Positions 1-9,950 of a stretch of DNA of 64,000 bases are shown here, piece by piece. Position 1 is the first letter of the stretch, and the number at the start of each line of letters is the position of its first letter. The stretch is from an archaeon (GTDB taxonomy: Archaea; Nanobdellota; Nanobdellia; Woesearchaeales; UBA9642), in contig JAZDHK010000023.1 in assembly GCA_043806035.1 (NCBI GenBank), positions 1 through 64,000 on the forward strand. The letters run 5' to 3'. Under the pieces are notes generated by a model. That model was not told the DNA's origin. It was given only the letters and a program-made list of their open reading frames with translations, and ran no database searches. Position numbers and translations under genes: made by a program.

Positions 1-2
1 TG

Positions 3-401
3 CCGGACAAGTGCGTGTTTGGTTCTGGAATAGGAGGATGTGTGGATTACGGCTATGATGCTGCTCACTCGAGTGCTGACGGCATCGTCATCAACAACTA
101 TGGTGCCGCCATAACATCCTCCGTGTGGAATTTCACCGTTGTGGGAACGACATGTCCTCTTGATCAACGGTCATATTCAATTAACGTGTCTGGGCAATTC
201 TACTCCAACACGGGATCGAACACGGACGTCTCTGTTACCACAAGTTGGCCTGCCGATGAACGCCTAATCGTCGCCATGCAGTGTTCTGGTGGATTTACGT
301 CGGGAGACACGGTAAAGGCAACCATCAGGATGGTGGGTGCGGTTGCAGGAAAGGCATACAATGTTTCTAACGCAGGCACATTCAGCATCAAGATTCCTTA
401 G
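3..401 (+). CDS. Type IV pilin-like protein, 5' end outside the window
   Basis: The frame begins PDKCVFGSGIGGCVDYG, matching the LLPDKCIFGNGIGACVDYG segment of the paralog at 1628-2140. Confidence 0.8.
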   Translation, partial: PDKCVFGSGIGGCVDYGYDAAHSSADGIVINNYGAAITSSVWNFTVVGTTCPLDQRSYSINVSGQFYSNTGSNTDVSVTTSWPADERLIVAMQCSGGFTSGDTVKATIRMVGAVAGKAYNVSNAGTFSIKIP

Positions 402-410
402 GTGGGATGC

Positions 411-962
411 ATGAGAGCGCAGGCAGCGCTGGAGTTTTTGACGACGTATGGCTGGGCAATCATGGTTGTGCTTGTTGCGGTAGCTGCGCTGGCGTACTTC
501 GGCGTGCTGAATCCCAAGCAGTTGTTGCCTGAGAAATGCATTGTTGGGGCTGGCCTGAGTTGTATTGATTATGGTGTCGAATTTAATGCTAATGGCAAAC
601 CCTGGTCCATCAGTGCAATTTTTGTCAACAATTACGGCACAACCATACGGGACATCACCATGCACGTTTACTTGATGAACGATCAATGCTCTGGATCGAA
701 TCCAGCTTTAAATAAATATGCGTTTTATTTTCAGACAGAGACACAATTCAATTACACTTATTTGTACAATGGCAGCGATGCAAATGTTTCTTTGAAAGGA
801 CTCTTGCCTGATGAACGGGCACAGCTCTGGGTCGATTGTAGTCATGGGGGGTCATACGCATCAGGTGCTCAGCCAAAAATACGCCTAGAAATCAGCGTGT
901 TGCTCGATAACAGTAATTATATAAAGCAGAACATGGGAGAGATACAAGTGAATATACCTTGA
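411..962 (+). CDS. Class III signal peptide (type IV pilin-like) protein
   Basis: MRA|QAALEFLTTYGWAIMVVLV: basic-small|Q, E at +5, hydrophobic helix, then a Cys pair. ATG follows GGTGG. Confidence 0.88.
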   Translation: MRAQAALEFLTTYGWAIMVVLVAVAALAYFGVLNPKQLLPEKCIVGAGLSCIDYGVEFNANGKPWSISAIFVNNYGTTIRDITMHVYLMNDQCSGSNPALNKYAFYFQTETQFNYTYLYNGSDANVSLKGLLPDERAQLWVDCSHGGSYASGAQPKIRLEISVLLDNSNYIKQNMGEIQVNIP

Positions 963-970
963 GGAAAAAC

Positions 971-1543
971 ATGCGAGGACAAGCGGCACTTGAGTTTTTG
1001 ACGACGTATGGCTGGGCAATCATGGTTGTGCTTGTTGCGGTAGCTGCGCTGGCGTACTTCGGCGTGTTTAACCCATCTGGACTGTTGCCGAACAAGTGCA
1101 TTTTTGATACTGGTGTGAGTTGCATTGATTATGGTTTTGATAATACAATCACTTTTCTTCCGTTCATAGGTGTTATGTTCTCGAACGGTCAGGGTGTTCC
1201 TCTACAACACATCACAGCGAATGTCAGTCTGAAATCGTTCAGTTGCCCATCGGTATATGTGAAACCACTGTTCATAGCGATTACTGATGATCAGATGACT
1301 ATTGTTGCCAATTACTCCGGTCCTATTCAGTCATCAATCCTTTTGGACTTTGACATGAATGACGTGTTTATGTGGGATGCTGAGAAAGTTCTTCATCTTC
1401 GTGTAGGTTGTCAATCTCCACTATTTGGACCATACTCCAAATTAGAGGGAAGGCAAGACATACGTGTGTTAATCAGCGCAACGCCTGTCGGAAGTTCATA
1501 TGCCAAACAGTTCGATGGCACGATCCGTGTCTTTGCATCATAA
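971..1543 (+). CDS. Class III signal peptide (type IV pilin-like) protein
   Basis: MRG|QAALEFLTTYGW, with a GAGG SD upstream. Confidence 0.88.
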   Translation: MRGQAALEFLTTYGWAIMVVLVAVAALAYFGVFNPSGLLPNKCIFDTGVSCIDYGFDNTITFLPFIGVMFSNGQGVPLQHITANVSLKSFSCPSVYVKPLFIAITDDQMTIVANYSGPIQSSILLDFDMNDVFMWDAEKVLHLRVGCQSPLFGPYSKLEGRQDIRVLISATPVGSSYAKQFDGTIRVFAS

Positions 1544-1627
1544 CTAATTCTGCATTATTTTGTGATGACACCAAACTATATAAACAATGCCTGCTGATAA
1601 TGAGAAATAATGAGAAAAAGAGGTGGC

Positions 1628-2140
1628 ATGAAAGCACAAGCAGCACTTGAGTTTTTGACGACGTATGGCTGGGCATTCTTGGTTGTGCTTGTCATGATTG
1701 GTGCATTGGCTTACTTTGGTGTGCTCAACCCGTCGGGATTATTGCCAGACAAATGCATCTTCGGCAATGGTATCGGAGCGTGCGTGGATTACGGCGTGAA
1801 TGCGACAACAATGGATGTTATTATCATAAACAATTTTGGAAAGACAGTGACTGCAGCGTCATTTAACTTCAGTGTGAGTGGGAATACGGGCTGTTCTGTA
1901 ATGGACTATGGTGCATACAAAGGTCAAACACTTGTGAGTCTGTTTGCAATGGGAACGACCATGATTTCTTTGTTTGGCACGGGCTGGGCTGAGGACGAGC
2001 AGCTCATCTTGCGTGTTCGTTGCACGTCAGGATCGTTCACAGAAGGAAGAATAAAGGAAACGATTAGAATGGAAGGAACGCTCGCAGGAAGCGAATATCC
2101 TGTTTATTCTCAAGGAACGGTATCGCTCACGGTTCGCTGA
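1628..2140 (+). CDS. Class III signal peptide (type IV pilin-like) protein
   Basis: MKA|QAALEFLTTYGW, GAGGTG SD, TATA-like CTATATAAA near 1577. Confidence 0.88.
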   Translation: MKAQAALEFLTTYGWAFLVVLVMIGALAYFGVLNPSGLLPDKCIFGNGIGACVDYGVNATTMDVIIINNFGKTVTAASFNFSVSGNTGCSVMDYGAYKGQTLVSLFAMGTTMISLFGTGWAEDEQLILRVRCTSGSFTEGRIKETIRMEGTLAGSEYPVYSQGTVSLTVR

Positions 2141-2164
2141 TGTTCCTACCATCTGATCAGGGAT

Positions 2165-2178
2165 AAACTTTATATATC
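2165..2178 (+). promoter_or_regulatory. Archaeal BRE/TATA promoter
   Basis: AAAC-TTTATATA about 35 nt upstream of the ATG at 2210. Confidence 0.6.
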
Positions 2179-2209
2179 CTCGGTGCGAGCATTGAGAAAA
2201 GAGGTGTGC

Positions 2210-2656
2210 ATGAGAGCACAAGCATCATTCGAGTTTTTGACGACGTACGGGTGGGCCATACTGGTCATTCTGATCGCTGCGGGAGCCCTTGCGTATTTTG
2301 GCGTGTTCAATCCTGGACAGTACATTCCTAACCAGTGTGAGATAAGCCCTGAATTGAGCTGTGTCGACTACACGGTCACGCATGATTCCGTGCAGTTCAT
2401 GCTCCTCAACAATTATGAGAAGAGCATAGACATAACTGACGTTCTGGCATCGCACTACACCGCAGGGAATTTCACATGCACTCCTTCGACAACAACCTTG
2501 CTTGCAGGTTCGACGGGCGAGTTCAACTGCACGTCGTCAACGTATACGTTCTCACAAGGTGAGAAGGCGGACATCAAGGTGGAGGTCACGTTCAGAAGGA
2601 CAGGAGGCACGCAGGAGTACACGGTGCGAGGCCGCATACTCATGACGGTGGGCTAG
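2210..2656 (+). CDS. Class III signal peptide (type IV pilin-like) protein
   Basis: MRA|QASFEFLTTYGW, GAGGTG SD. Confidence 0.88.
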   Translation: MRAQASFEFLTTYGWAILVILIAAGALAYFGVFNPGQYIPNQCEISPELSCVDYTVTHDSVQFMLLNNYEKSIDITDVLASHYTAGNFTCTPSTTTLLAGSTGEFNCTSSTYTFSQGEKADIKVEVTFRRTGGTQEYTVRGRILMTVG

Positions 2657-2749
2657 CCAGGGTATACTCTGCAGGAAACGTGCAAAAAGCAAAATCTTTT
2701 TAAAGAGAACGGTACTTGTTCCAGTAATTCTGAATTGTTGGGTGATGGC

Positions 2750-3376
2750 ATGGACGTTGTCAAGACGGGAACTACGACTTTGGGCATGATGTGTAAAGAC
2801 GGCATTATTCTTGCTGCCGATCGCAGAGCAACTGCAGGAACGTTTATTGCGTACAAGAAGACAGAGAAAGTCATTCCTATCAATGAGCACATGGCGCTCA
2901 CGACGGCAGGCAGCGTCTCTGATATCCAGCTCATGGTGAAATTGCTCAAGGCGGAGCTCAGCCTGAAAGATATCAGAACAGGCAGGTCAGCGACAGTAGA
3001 GGAAGCCGCCAACTTGCTTGCAGGCATGGTCTACCACAACATTAGGAAGATGAGCATGATGCCGGGCATCAGCCACTTTATCTTTGCAGGCTATGACCAG
3101 AACGGGCCTGCCATGTATGACATCTACCCTGACGGCAGCATCCAACAAGTTGATGAGTTCGTCTGCTCTGGATCGGGAAGCACCTTCGCCTATGGCCTTT
3201 TTGAAGCGCAGTACAAGAAAGGTCTCTCTGCGACGGATGCGCAGGATCTTGCCGTGAAAGCAGTGACCTCTGCACTGCAGAGGGACTCCGCATCAGGGGA
3301 TGGCATCGATGTCGTGCTCATAACGAAGAACGGCATCAAGAAAGTCTTTGACAAGTCCTTCAACCCTGCGCAGTAA
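2750..3376 (+). CDS. psmB: Proteasome subunit beta
   Basis: Short propeptide then KTG|TTTLG, AADRRAT, SGSG, RDSASGDG. Confidence 0.96.
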   Translation: MDVVKTGTTTLGMMCKDGIILAADRRATAGTFIAYKKTEKVIPINEHMALTTAGSVSDIQLMVKLLKAELSLKDIRTGRSATVEEAANLLAGMVYHNIRKMSMMPGISHFIFAGYDQNGPAMYDIYPDGSIQQVDEFVCSGSGSTFAYGLFEAQYKKGLSATDAQDLAVKAVTSALQRDSASGDGIDVVLITKNGIKKVFDKSFNPAQ

Positions 3377-3404
3377 GGATTACGCTACTTTTCGAGGTGA
3401 ACTG

Positions 3405-5297
3405 TTGACTGAAATTATTGATGAAATCCTCAAGGATATTCCTGACGGCAAAGTGTCGTCTGCAGGATTTGAGGGAGCGAATATCGTCCTGTACACTAAG
3501 AACAAGGAGTTCTTCTTCAACAATGAAGGGCTCATCAGGGGCATCGTGGACAGGATAAAGAAACGAATCGAGCTCAGGCCTGATCCCAGTCTGTGCGTGG
3601 AGCAGGAAGAGGCAGAGGCAACCATAAAAAAGATCGTCGGAGAGGATGCAAAAGTAGACAACATCATTTTTGATCCGCAACGAAGCATCGTCATCATCGA
3701 GGTAGAGAAGCCGGGCCTTGCCATAGGCAAGAACGGCGAGCTCCTGCAGGAGATACGGAAGTCGACGTTGTGGGTGCCCATCGTCAGAAGAACGCCGCCC
3801 ATACGGAGCAAGATCATCGAGAACATCAGGGAAGTGCTCTACCAGAACAACGACTACAGGAGAAATTTCCTCAACAAGACAGGCCAGAGAATCTATAATG
3901 GGTGGCTGCGCCAGAAGAAGGAAGAATGGATTCGGCTGAGCTATTTGGGAGGCGGCAGGCAAGTGGGAAGGAGCTGCATACTCTTACAGACTCCAGAATC
4001 GCGCATCCTGCTCGACTGTGGCATTGATCCCGCAAACACGGACAATCCCTATCCTTACTTGGAAGCGCCGGAATTCGATATCAAGGAAGTTGACGCTGTC
4101 ATTGCCAGCCACGCTCACTTGGACCATTGCGGGCTCATTCCGTATTTGTTCAAGTTCGGCTACAGAGGCCCCGTGTACTGCACGCCACCGACGCGGGACA
4201 TGATGTCCCTGCTCCAGTTGGACTTCATCAAAATCCAGCGCGATGAAGGCAAAGACCCCATCTACACGTCTGATGAAGTGCGTGAGATGGTCAAGCACAC
4301 GATAACCCTTGAGTTCAATGAGGTCACGGACATAACGCCAGATGTGCGCATCACGTTTTATGATTCCGGACACATTCTGGGAGGTGCCATGGTGCACATC
4401 CACGTCGGCAATGGCCTGCACAACCTGCTGTATAGTTCAGACATCAAGTACGCAAAGACATCGCTGCTCAGCCCGGCAATCACGCAATTCCCCCGTCTTG
4501 AGACGTTGATGATCGAGAGCACGTACGGTGGCAAGGACAACATCCTGCCTCCGCCGCAGGAGGCGGATGCGTTGCTCGCCGAGGTGGTGAAGAAAACCAT
4601 TGAGCGTCACGGGAAGATTCTCATCCCTGTCTTGGGCAGCGGTAGGGCACAGGAGATCATCGTGCTCATCGAGCGGCTCATCAGGGAAGAAAAAATGCCC
4701 TCCATTCCCATCTTTATTGATGGCATGGTGTGGGACATCACGGCAATCCACACAGCCTATCCAGAATACTTGAACAGCGCCGTCCGCAATCAGATCTTCA
4801 ACAAGGACAACAATCCCTTCCTGATGGAAAATATCAAACGGGTAGGCTCTGCAAAAGAACGGCAGCAGATCATCGAAGATGAGGGAAGCTGCATCATCCT
4901 TGCCACGAGCGGCATGCTGAACGGTGGCCCGAGCGTGTTCTACTTCAGGGAATTGTCAACAAGCGAAAGGAATAGCATGGTCTTCACCTCTTACCAGGGA
5001 GAAGGCTCCTTAGGAAGACGAATCCAGCAGGGGGAGCGAGGCATGACATTCAAGCGCCCGGACGGCAGCAATGAAGTCGTCGAGATCAAGATGGAGATTT
5101 CCAAACTCGAGGTGACGGGTCATGCGGACAGGAAGGAGCTCATGAATTTCGTCAAGAACTGCAATCCTAAACCTAAAAAGATCATCGTGAACCATGGCGA
5201 GTCGAGCAGATGTCTCGACCTTGCAAGTTCTGTGCACAAGCAGTTCAGGATAGAAACTGTAGCTCCAAGAAATCTCGAAGTGATCAGGGTCAGATAG
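3405..5297 (+). CDS. Beta-CASP ribonuclease aCPSF1 (KH-MBL-betaCASP; FttA termination factor)
   Basis: N-terminal KH (EKPGLAIGKNG), GGGRQVGRSC, SHAHLDH, GHILG, ESTYG, GHAD, NHGE. Conserved position after psmB. TTG start after a GAGGTG SD. Confidence 0.95.
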   Translation: MTEIIDEILKDIPDGKVSSAGFEGANIVLYTKNKEFFFNNEGLIRGIVDRIKKRIELRPDPSLCVEQEEAEATIKKIVGEDAKVDNIIFDPQRSIVIIEVEKPGLAIGKNGELLQEIRKSTLWVPIVRRTPPIRSKIIENIREVLYQNNDYRRNFLNKTGQRIYNGWLRQKKEEWIRLSYLGGGRQVGRSCILLQTPESRILLDCGIDPANTDNPYPYLEAPEFDIKEVDAVIASHAHLDHCGLIPYLFKFGYRGPVYCTPPTRDMMSLLQLDFIKIQRDEGKDPIYTSDEVREMVKHTITLEFNEVTDITPDVRITFYDSGHILGGAMVHIHVGNGLHNLLYSSDIKYAKTSLLSPAITQFPRLETLMIESTYGGKDNILPPPQEADALLAEVVKKTIERHGKILIPVLGSGRAQEIIVLIERLIREEKMPSIPIFIDGMVWDITAIHTAYPEYLNSAVRNQIFNKDNNPFLMENIKRVGSAKERQQIIEDEGSCIILATSGMLNGGPSVFYFRELSTSERNSMVFTSYQGEGSLGRRIQQGERGMTFKRPDGSNEVVEIKMEISKLEVTGHADRKELMNFVKNCNPKPKKIIVNHGESSRCLDLASSVHKQFRIETVAPRNLEVIRVR

Positions 5298-5706
5298 TTG
5301 TCAGGAGAGACATGCCTTCTTTCATGAGCGGTTCGTGGGCGAGACGCAACGTATACACGTCATTGCTGAGTAGTCCTACTTTCATCTCAACGCTTCGTTT
5401 CTTTGACAAGGACTCGATCATGATGTCTATTCCTTCCATCTTGTAGAAGTATGTTGTCCGTGAAGAAATAATGTTGCCTTGCCCATTTCGTTCATGCTCG
5501 ATTTTTTTTGCAACGTAGGTTTCCTGCAATGAGCGGGCTGGCGAGTACAGATGAAGAAGCAAGTCAGTGAGATAGTCTTGCATTGCATCAGCATTTTTTT
5601 TCTGGCATCGTGCGCAATAGGTAAGGTGGTGATACATGCTTGCAGCATTTCTTGCACATATAAAAATCATGTGTTTGCATGTGGCAATAGAGGCGGTTTC
5701 CAGCAA
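5290..5706 (-). CDS. Hypothetical protein (start uncertain)
   Basis: Longest ORF in the gap. No motif recognised. Confidence 0.4.
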   Translation of the reverse strand: MLETASIATCKHMIFICARNAASMYHHLTYCARCQKKNADAMQDYLTDLLLHLYSPARSLQETYVAKKIEHERNGQGNIISSRTTYFYKMEGIDIMIESLSKKRSVEMKVGLLSNDVYTLRLAHEPLMKEGMSLLTTI

Positions 5707-5780
5707 TTGTTGTTTTGTTGTTATGAAAATGCGTAAATAATAAATACTCCAACCTATATATCTTAGTTGGTGATTGGTGT

Positions 5781-6080
5781 ATGCAGGTCAAAGACGATTA
5801 TCGCTGTCAAGTGTGCGATACTATGAAGAGCTGTCTCATCTTCACAGAATTCTCTCTGCCGTTCAGCATCTGCCTCGAATGTTATGTCAAGATGAAAGCA
5901 GCAGTCGATGCCGACAAAGACACACGTCCTGATGAGATTTGCAAGCTATGCGACATCAGAAAAGACTGCTTCTCCTTCCGAGAAAAGGCAATCCTGCCAT
6001 TCATCGCGAAGTTCAGGATTTGCCCGGACTGCTTTGCTAAACTAGAAGAGTTCGTAGAGAACAGAATACGCTACTTGTAA
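5781..6080 (+). CDS. Small Cys-rich protein with two tandem zinc-finger-like repeats
   Basis: CQVC..C..CLEC followed by CKLC..C..CPDC. TATA (CTATATAT) upstream. Confidence 0.75.
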   Translation: MQVKDDYRCQVCDTMKSCLIFTEFSLPFSICLECYVKMKAAVDADKDTRPDEICKLCDIRKDCFSFREKAILPFIAKFRICPDCFAKLEEFVENRIRYL

Positions 6081-6116
6081 TAACCTTTTTATACTGATGC
6101 CTACAAGATACTGCTC

Positions 6117-6461
6117 GTGGCATTTCCCAACATCGGCTATCATCATCTCGACGTGCGCAAGAGGATTCACGAGAAGCGGGAACAATACCCCCACCCGAAC
6201 ACGTTCATACGCGCCTACGACAAAGCATTGTCCATCATCGTGCTGTTCGGTCCTCTTCTGAACGTGCCGCAGATCATCGAGATCTTTCTCAATCATAATG
6301 CCCAGAACGTCTCGCTTGTTTCATGGGTGGGATTCTCGCTGCTCTCCATCATCTGGCTTTCTTATGGTATCATCCATAAGGCAAAGCCCATCATCTTCTC
6401 GAACATCATCTTCCTTATTACGAATCTGCTCGTCGTCCTGGGTGTGGTTCTGTACTCGTGA
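6117..6461 (+). CDS. SemiSWEET / PQ-loop family membrane protein
   Basis: Three TM helices, VPQIIEI, VSLVSW, WLSYG, PIIFSN. Confidence 0.8.
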   Translation: MAFPNIGYHHLDVRKRIHEKREQYPHPNTFIRAYDKALSIIVLFGPLLNVPQIIEIFLNHNAQNVSLVSWVGFSLLSIIWLSYGIIHKAKPIIFSNIIFLITNLLVVLGVVLYS

Positions 6462-6508
6462 ACTCCACTGTTCTCAATATGCGCATATCTTCGATGATGT
6501 GCTCACCA

Positions 6509-7123
6509 TCACACCAGCCGCACGTCAACGCCTGACGTGAGCATGTCCTCGAGGTCTTGCTCGTGAGGTGTCAGGGGAATGTTGTTCTTGCGTTTCTCCC
6601 CGATTCTATCAAAGAAGTCTTGCCGTCTGCGTGCTTGTTCATTCTTGTCTTCTTCGCGCGCAGTAAGCATAGCATCACTCAGCCGTTTTATCGCATCCTT
6701 CATGTCCCGTCTCCACGTGTCGACTCTTTCGACAAAGTACTCTGGCAGAAGATCGGGTGCCTGTTCTACCGCGCGTTCAAAGTACTCGCTTGACTGTATC
6801 CTCCTGATGAGCACGGCGTTATCTTCTGGAGTCAGTTTTTGACTGTGTCTGATGAACAGGGCGTAGAGCAATTCATTAGCCGTGAACAATGCATCGATAG
6901 GATTCGCATAGAGCTGTGCAATGTGCCCTCCTGTAATACGGTCGCAGTTCTCCACGTGCAGTGCTTTCATAGCATGTGCGATATTCGGAGAAACCGCATA
7001 CGTCCTGAAACGGACTGGTTTCTTCTCGTACAAAGAACCCCACGTCATGGGTGTTCGCTCCAAGAGCGCTGCAACATCTTTCTGTCGTTGTTCGTAGTTT
7101 TCAAAAAGATCATTCAGTCCCAT
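6509..7123 (-). CDS. Hypothetical protein
   Basis: ATG after a GAGGTGA SD, directly downstream of leuS. Helical, charged C-terminus. Confidence 0.7.
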   Translation of the reverse strand: MGLNDLFENYEQRQKDVAALLERTPMTWGSLYEKKPVRFRTYAVSPNIAHAMKALHVENCDRITGGHIAQLYANPIDALFTANELLYALFIRHSQKLTPEDNAVLIRRIQSSEYFERAVEQAPDLLPEYFVERVDTWRRDMKDAIKRLSDAMLTAREEDKNEQARRRQDFFDRIGEKRKNNIPLTPHEQDLEDMLTSGVDVRLV

Positions 7124-7133
7124 GGCAATCACC

Positions 7134-9794
7134 TCAACTGATGACGAAGGCGGGCTTTCCCGGCAGTGCCATTTTTGCTTTCTTTTCCGTGCTGTCCTTT
7201 GCACGAACGATGATGACGTCGCAGGAAAACTCTCTCTGCAGCGCAGACTGCGCTTCCTTCAGGAAAGATATCTCCTGCATTTCGTCCAGGATGAGTTCAG
7301 GCATCTTCTCGACGAGTTTCGGCAGCAGCTTGGTTATCTCCTGTCCGTGCTTTTTCAAGTCAGAAACCATGATTGTTTTCATGATTTCGTGCACGTGCCG
7401 CGTCCGTTCCCGTTCTGTCTTTACTACGCGATACAGATCGTACTTCCACGAATCCGCAGTAATAATGATTATTTTTTCAGGTCGTTCGATCTTCATGAGG
7501 GAGAGCACGTTGATGATGTCCAGTCGTATGTCTCTCTTGAATGCGGCGCCTTGCATTGCTTCTCTGCTGATGAGATCAGGATTTGCCTGCGGCCAGGAAG
7601 CAATGCTGACAAATCCTTCCTTGCCGAGCGCTTGCCAGCATTCCTCACACACGTGCGGAGCGAAGGGCGAAAGTAATAGCGTGATGCCTTCCAGCACTTC
7701 CTTTTGCGTGCGAGGGCTGCACTGCAGGCGTAGCTTTGCAAATTCGTTCACCAATTCCATGATGGCACTGATGGCCAGGCTGAACTTGATGTCGTCCATC
7801 AACGACGTCACTTGGGCGATGGTGTCGTGCAGTATCGACAGCACGTACGCGTCCTGCACGGAATTCTCGCTGCGAGCATCGTCCGTGACGAGACTGTACA
7901 CTTTTTTGATGAACTTGTGCGTGCCGATAATGCCGGTGTCCGACCATTCCATCTCTTTCTCGGGAAGTGCTCCGAAGAGGATGAAGCAGCGCAGCGTGTC
8001 CGCGCCATACTGGCCTATAGGCCCTGATGGGTCGACGACATTTCCTTTTGATTTGCTCATCGTCTCGCCATGGAGTGTCACCATGCCTTGCGTCAATAAT
8101 TTTTTGAACGGCTCGTTGATGTCATGCAGGCCCAAATCTCGTGTTGCCTTGGTGAAGAATCTGGCATAGAGTAAGTGCAGGATGGCGTGTTCAATGCCTC
8201 CTATGTATTGGTCGACGGGTAGCCAATACTGCACGGCTTCTTTTGAAAACGGTGCATCGGGAGTTTTGTTTGCATAGCGCAAGAAATACCAGGAGCTGTC
8301 AACGAACGTGTCCATCGTATCTGTTTCCCGGCGCGCTGGCTTGCCGCACTGCGGGCAGTCGACGTTGACGAACGAAGGGATCTTGTCGAGTGGATTTCCC
8401 TCTCCGGTGAACGCTGCGTCCTCGGGCAGCTTGACAGGCAGCTGCTCATAGGGAACGGGGACAATGCCGCAATGATCGCAATAGATGATAGGGATGGGTG
8501 TTCCCCAATATCGCTGCCGAGAGAGCAGCCAATCCCTGAGTTTGTATTGCACGGTTCTTTCGCCGAGCTTGTTCTCCTCCAAATATTCTGAGATGCGCAG
8601 GATGGCCTCGCGATTGTGCATGCCACTAAAGTCATCGCTTGCAACCAGTACCCCATCGTCGATGAACGCCTTTGTCATCTTCTCTGCTTTCAGCTCGTGG
8701 TCTTCTGGCTGGATGACCACGGTGAGCGGGAGCTTGTACTTTTTTGCGAACTCGAAATCCCTCTGGTCATGACAGGGAACACACATCACGATGCCCGTGC
8801 CGTACTCCATGAGGACGAAGTTAGCGATGTAGAGGGGAATCTTTTCTTTTGTCAAGGGGTGGATGGCGTATCTGCCGAGGAAGAACCCTTCCTTCTCCGT
8901 TTCATCGGCAGTCCGTGTCGTCTTTTCTTCGAGGATGACTTTCCTGATGAACTGTTTCGCATCCTGCTCAATGGTGCTGTCTTTGATGAGCTCTCCCACG
9001 AGCGGATGTTCTGGAGCCAGGACGAGGAACGTCACGCCGTAGAGTGTATCCGGACGAGTGGTGAAGACGGGCAGTGCTGTCTTTGCATCGTCGAGTGTGA
9101 AGTTGACGAGGGTGCCGTGGCTCTTGCCGATCCAGTTCTTCTGCATGATCTTGACTTTCTCCGACCAGTCCAGCGTGTCGATGTCGTTGAGCAGCTCTTC
9201 TGCGTATTCGGTTATTTTGAAGAACCACTGCTCCAGATTCTTAATCTCGACAGGCGTTTTGCACCGCCAGCACACTCCTCCTATAACTTGTTCGTTGGCA
9301 AGGACGGTCTGGCATTTCGGGCAGAAGTTGATGGGGCTCTTTTTCCTGTACGCGAGGTCTTTCTCGAGAAATTTGAGGAAGAACCATTGGTTCCAGACGT
9401 AGTAGTCTTCGTCCATGCTGGCCACTTGTCTCGACCAGTCGTAGCTGAAGCCCATCTGCTGCTGTTGTTCCTTCATCATCGCTATGCATTGCCTCGTCCA
9501 AGGATCGGGATGCGCATTGTTCTTGATGGCAGCGTTCTCTGCAGGCAAGCCAAAAGCATCATAGCCCATAGGATAGAGAACATTGTAGCCCTGCATGCGC
9601 TTGTACCTTGCAAAGGCATCGCCGATAGAATAATTGCGCACATGGCCCATGTGCAGTTTCCCCGAAGGATAAGGATACATCTCGAGGCAGTAGCATTTTT
9701 TCTTTTTTGGATCGGGCTTGACGTTGAAGATGCCCTTATCAGCCCATGTCTGCTGCCACTTGGCATGCAGTGCGGGAAAGTCCACGTCTTCCAT
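7134..9794 (-). CDS. leuS: Leucine--tRNA ligase (bacterial-type core, archaeal-type C-terminal domain)
   Basis: [55 protein letters not shown]-terminus [12 protein letters not shown]. Confidence 0.97.
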   Translation of the reverse strand: MEDVDFPALHAKWQQTWADKGIFNVKPDPKKKKCYCLEMYPYPSGKLHMGHVRNYSIGDAFARYKRMQGYNVLYPMGYDAFGLPAENAAIKNNAHPDPWTRQCIAMMKEQQQQMGFSYDWSRQVASMDEDYYVWNQWFFLKFLEKDLAYRKKSPINFCPKCQTVLANEQVIGGVCWRCKTPVEIKNLEQWFFKITEYAEELLNDIDTLDWSEKVKIMQKNWIGKSHGTLVNFTLDDAKTALPVFTTRPDTLYGVTFLVLAPEHPLVGELIKDSTIEQDAKQFIRKVILEEKTTRTADETEKEGFFLGRYAIHPLTKEKIPLYIANFVLMEYGTGIVMCVPCHDQRDFEFAKKYKLPLTVVIQPEDHELKAEKMTKAFIDDGVLVASDDFSGMHNREAILRISEYLEENKLGERTVQYKLRDWLLSRQRYWGTPIPIIYCDHCGIVPVPYEQLPVKLPEDAAFTGEGNPLDKIPSFVNVDCPQCGKPARRETDTMDTFVDSSWYFLRYANKTPDAPFSKEAVQYWLPVDQYIGGIEHAILHLLYARFFTKATRDLGLHDINEPFKKLLTQGMVTLHGETMSKSKGNVVDPSGPIGQYGADTLRCFILFGALPEKEMEWSDTGIIGTHKFIKKVYSLVTDDARSENSVQDAYVLSILHDTIAQVTSLMDDIKFSLAISAIMELVNEFAKLRLQCSPRTQKEVLEGITLLLSPFAPHVCEECWQALGKEGFVSIASWPQANPDLISREAMQGAAFKRDIRLDIINVLSLMKIERPEKIIIITADSWKYDLYRVVKTERERTRHVHEIMKTIMVSDLKKHGQEITKLLPKLVEKMPELILDEMQEISFLKEAQSALQREFSCDVIIVRAKDSTEKKAKMALPGKPAFVIS

Positions 9795-9950
9795 GGTGCA
9801 TGACTAGCAACGCACTATTTAAATGTGTTGCTGCTCTTGCGGTAGATTTTGCACTCTCTTTATTTCCCGTTGCGCTGCGTATTGTTTGCCTGCACTTCCC
9901 TGCACAAAGTATATAAATCCAGACGCGTGGGGTGCTGATGAGGTGAGAGT

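Noticed and set aside
411-2300. Regularly recurring ~30-75 nt repeats resembling a CRISPR array or DGR
   Set aside because: They are in-frame pilin N-termini about 600 bp apart. No cas or reverse transcriptase gene and no adenine-specific mismatch pattern were seen.
7051-9803. Long plus-strand ORFs (372 aa, 395 aa) opposite leuS, and similar ones opposite ileS, ftsZ and the PK-like gene
   Set aside because: Antisense shadow frames of well-supported genes, with no motifs.
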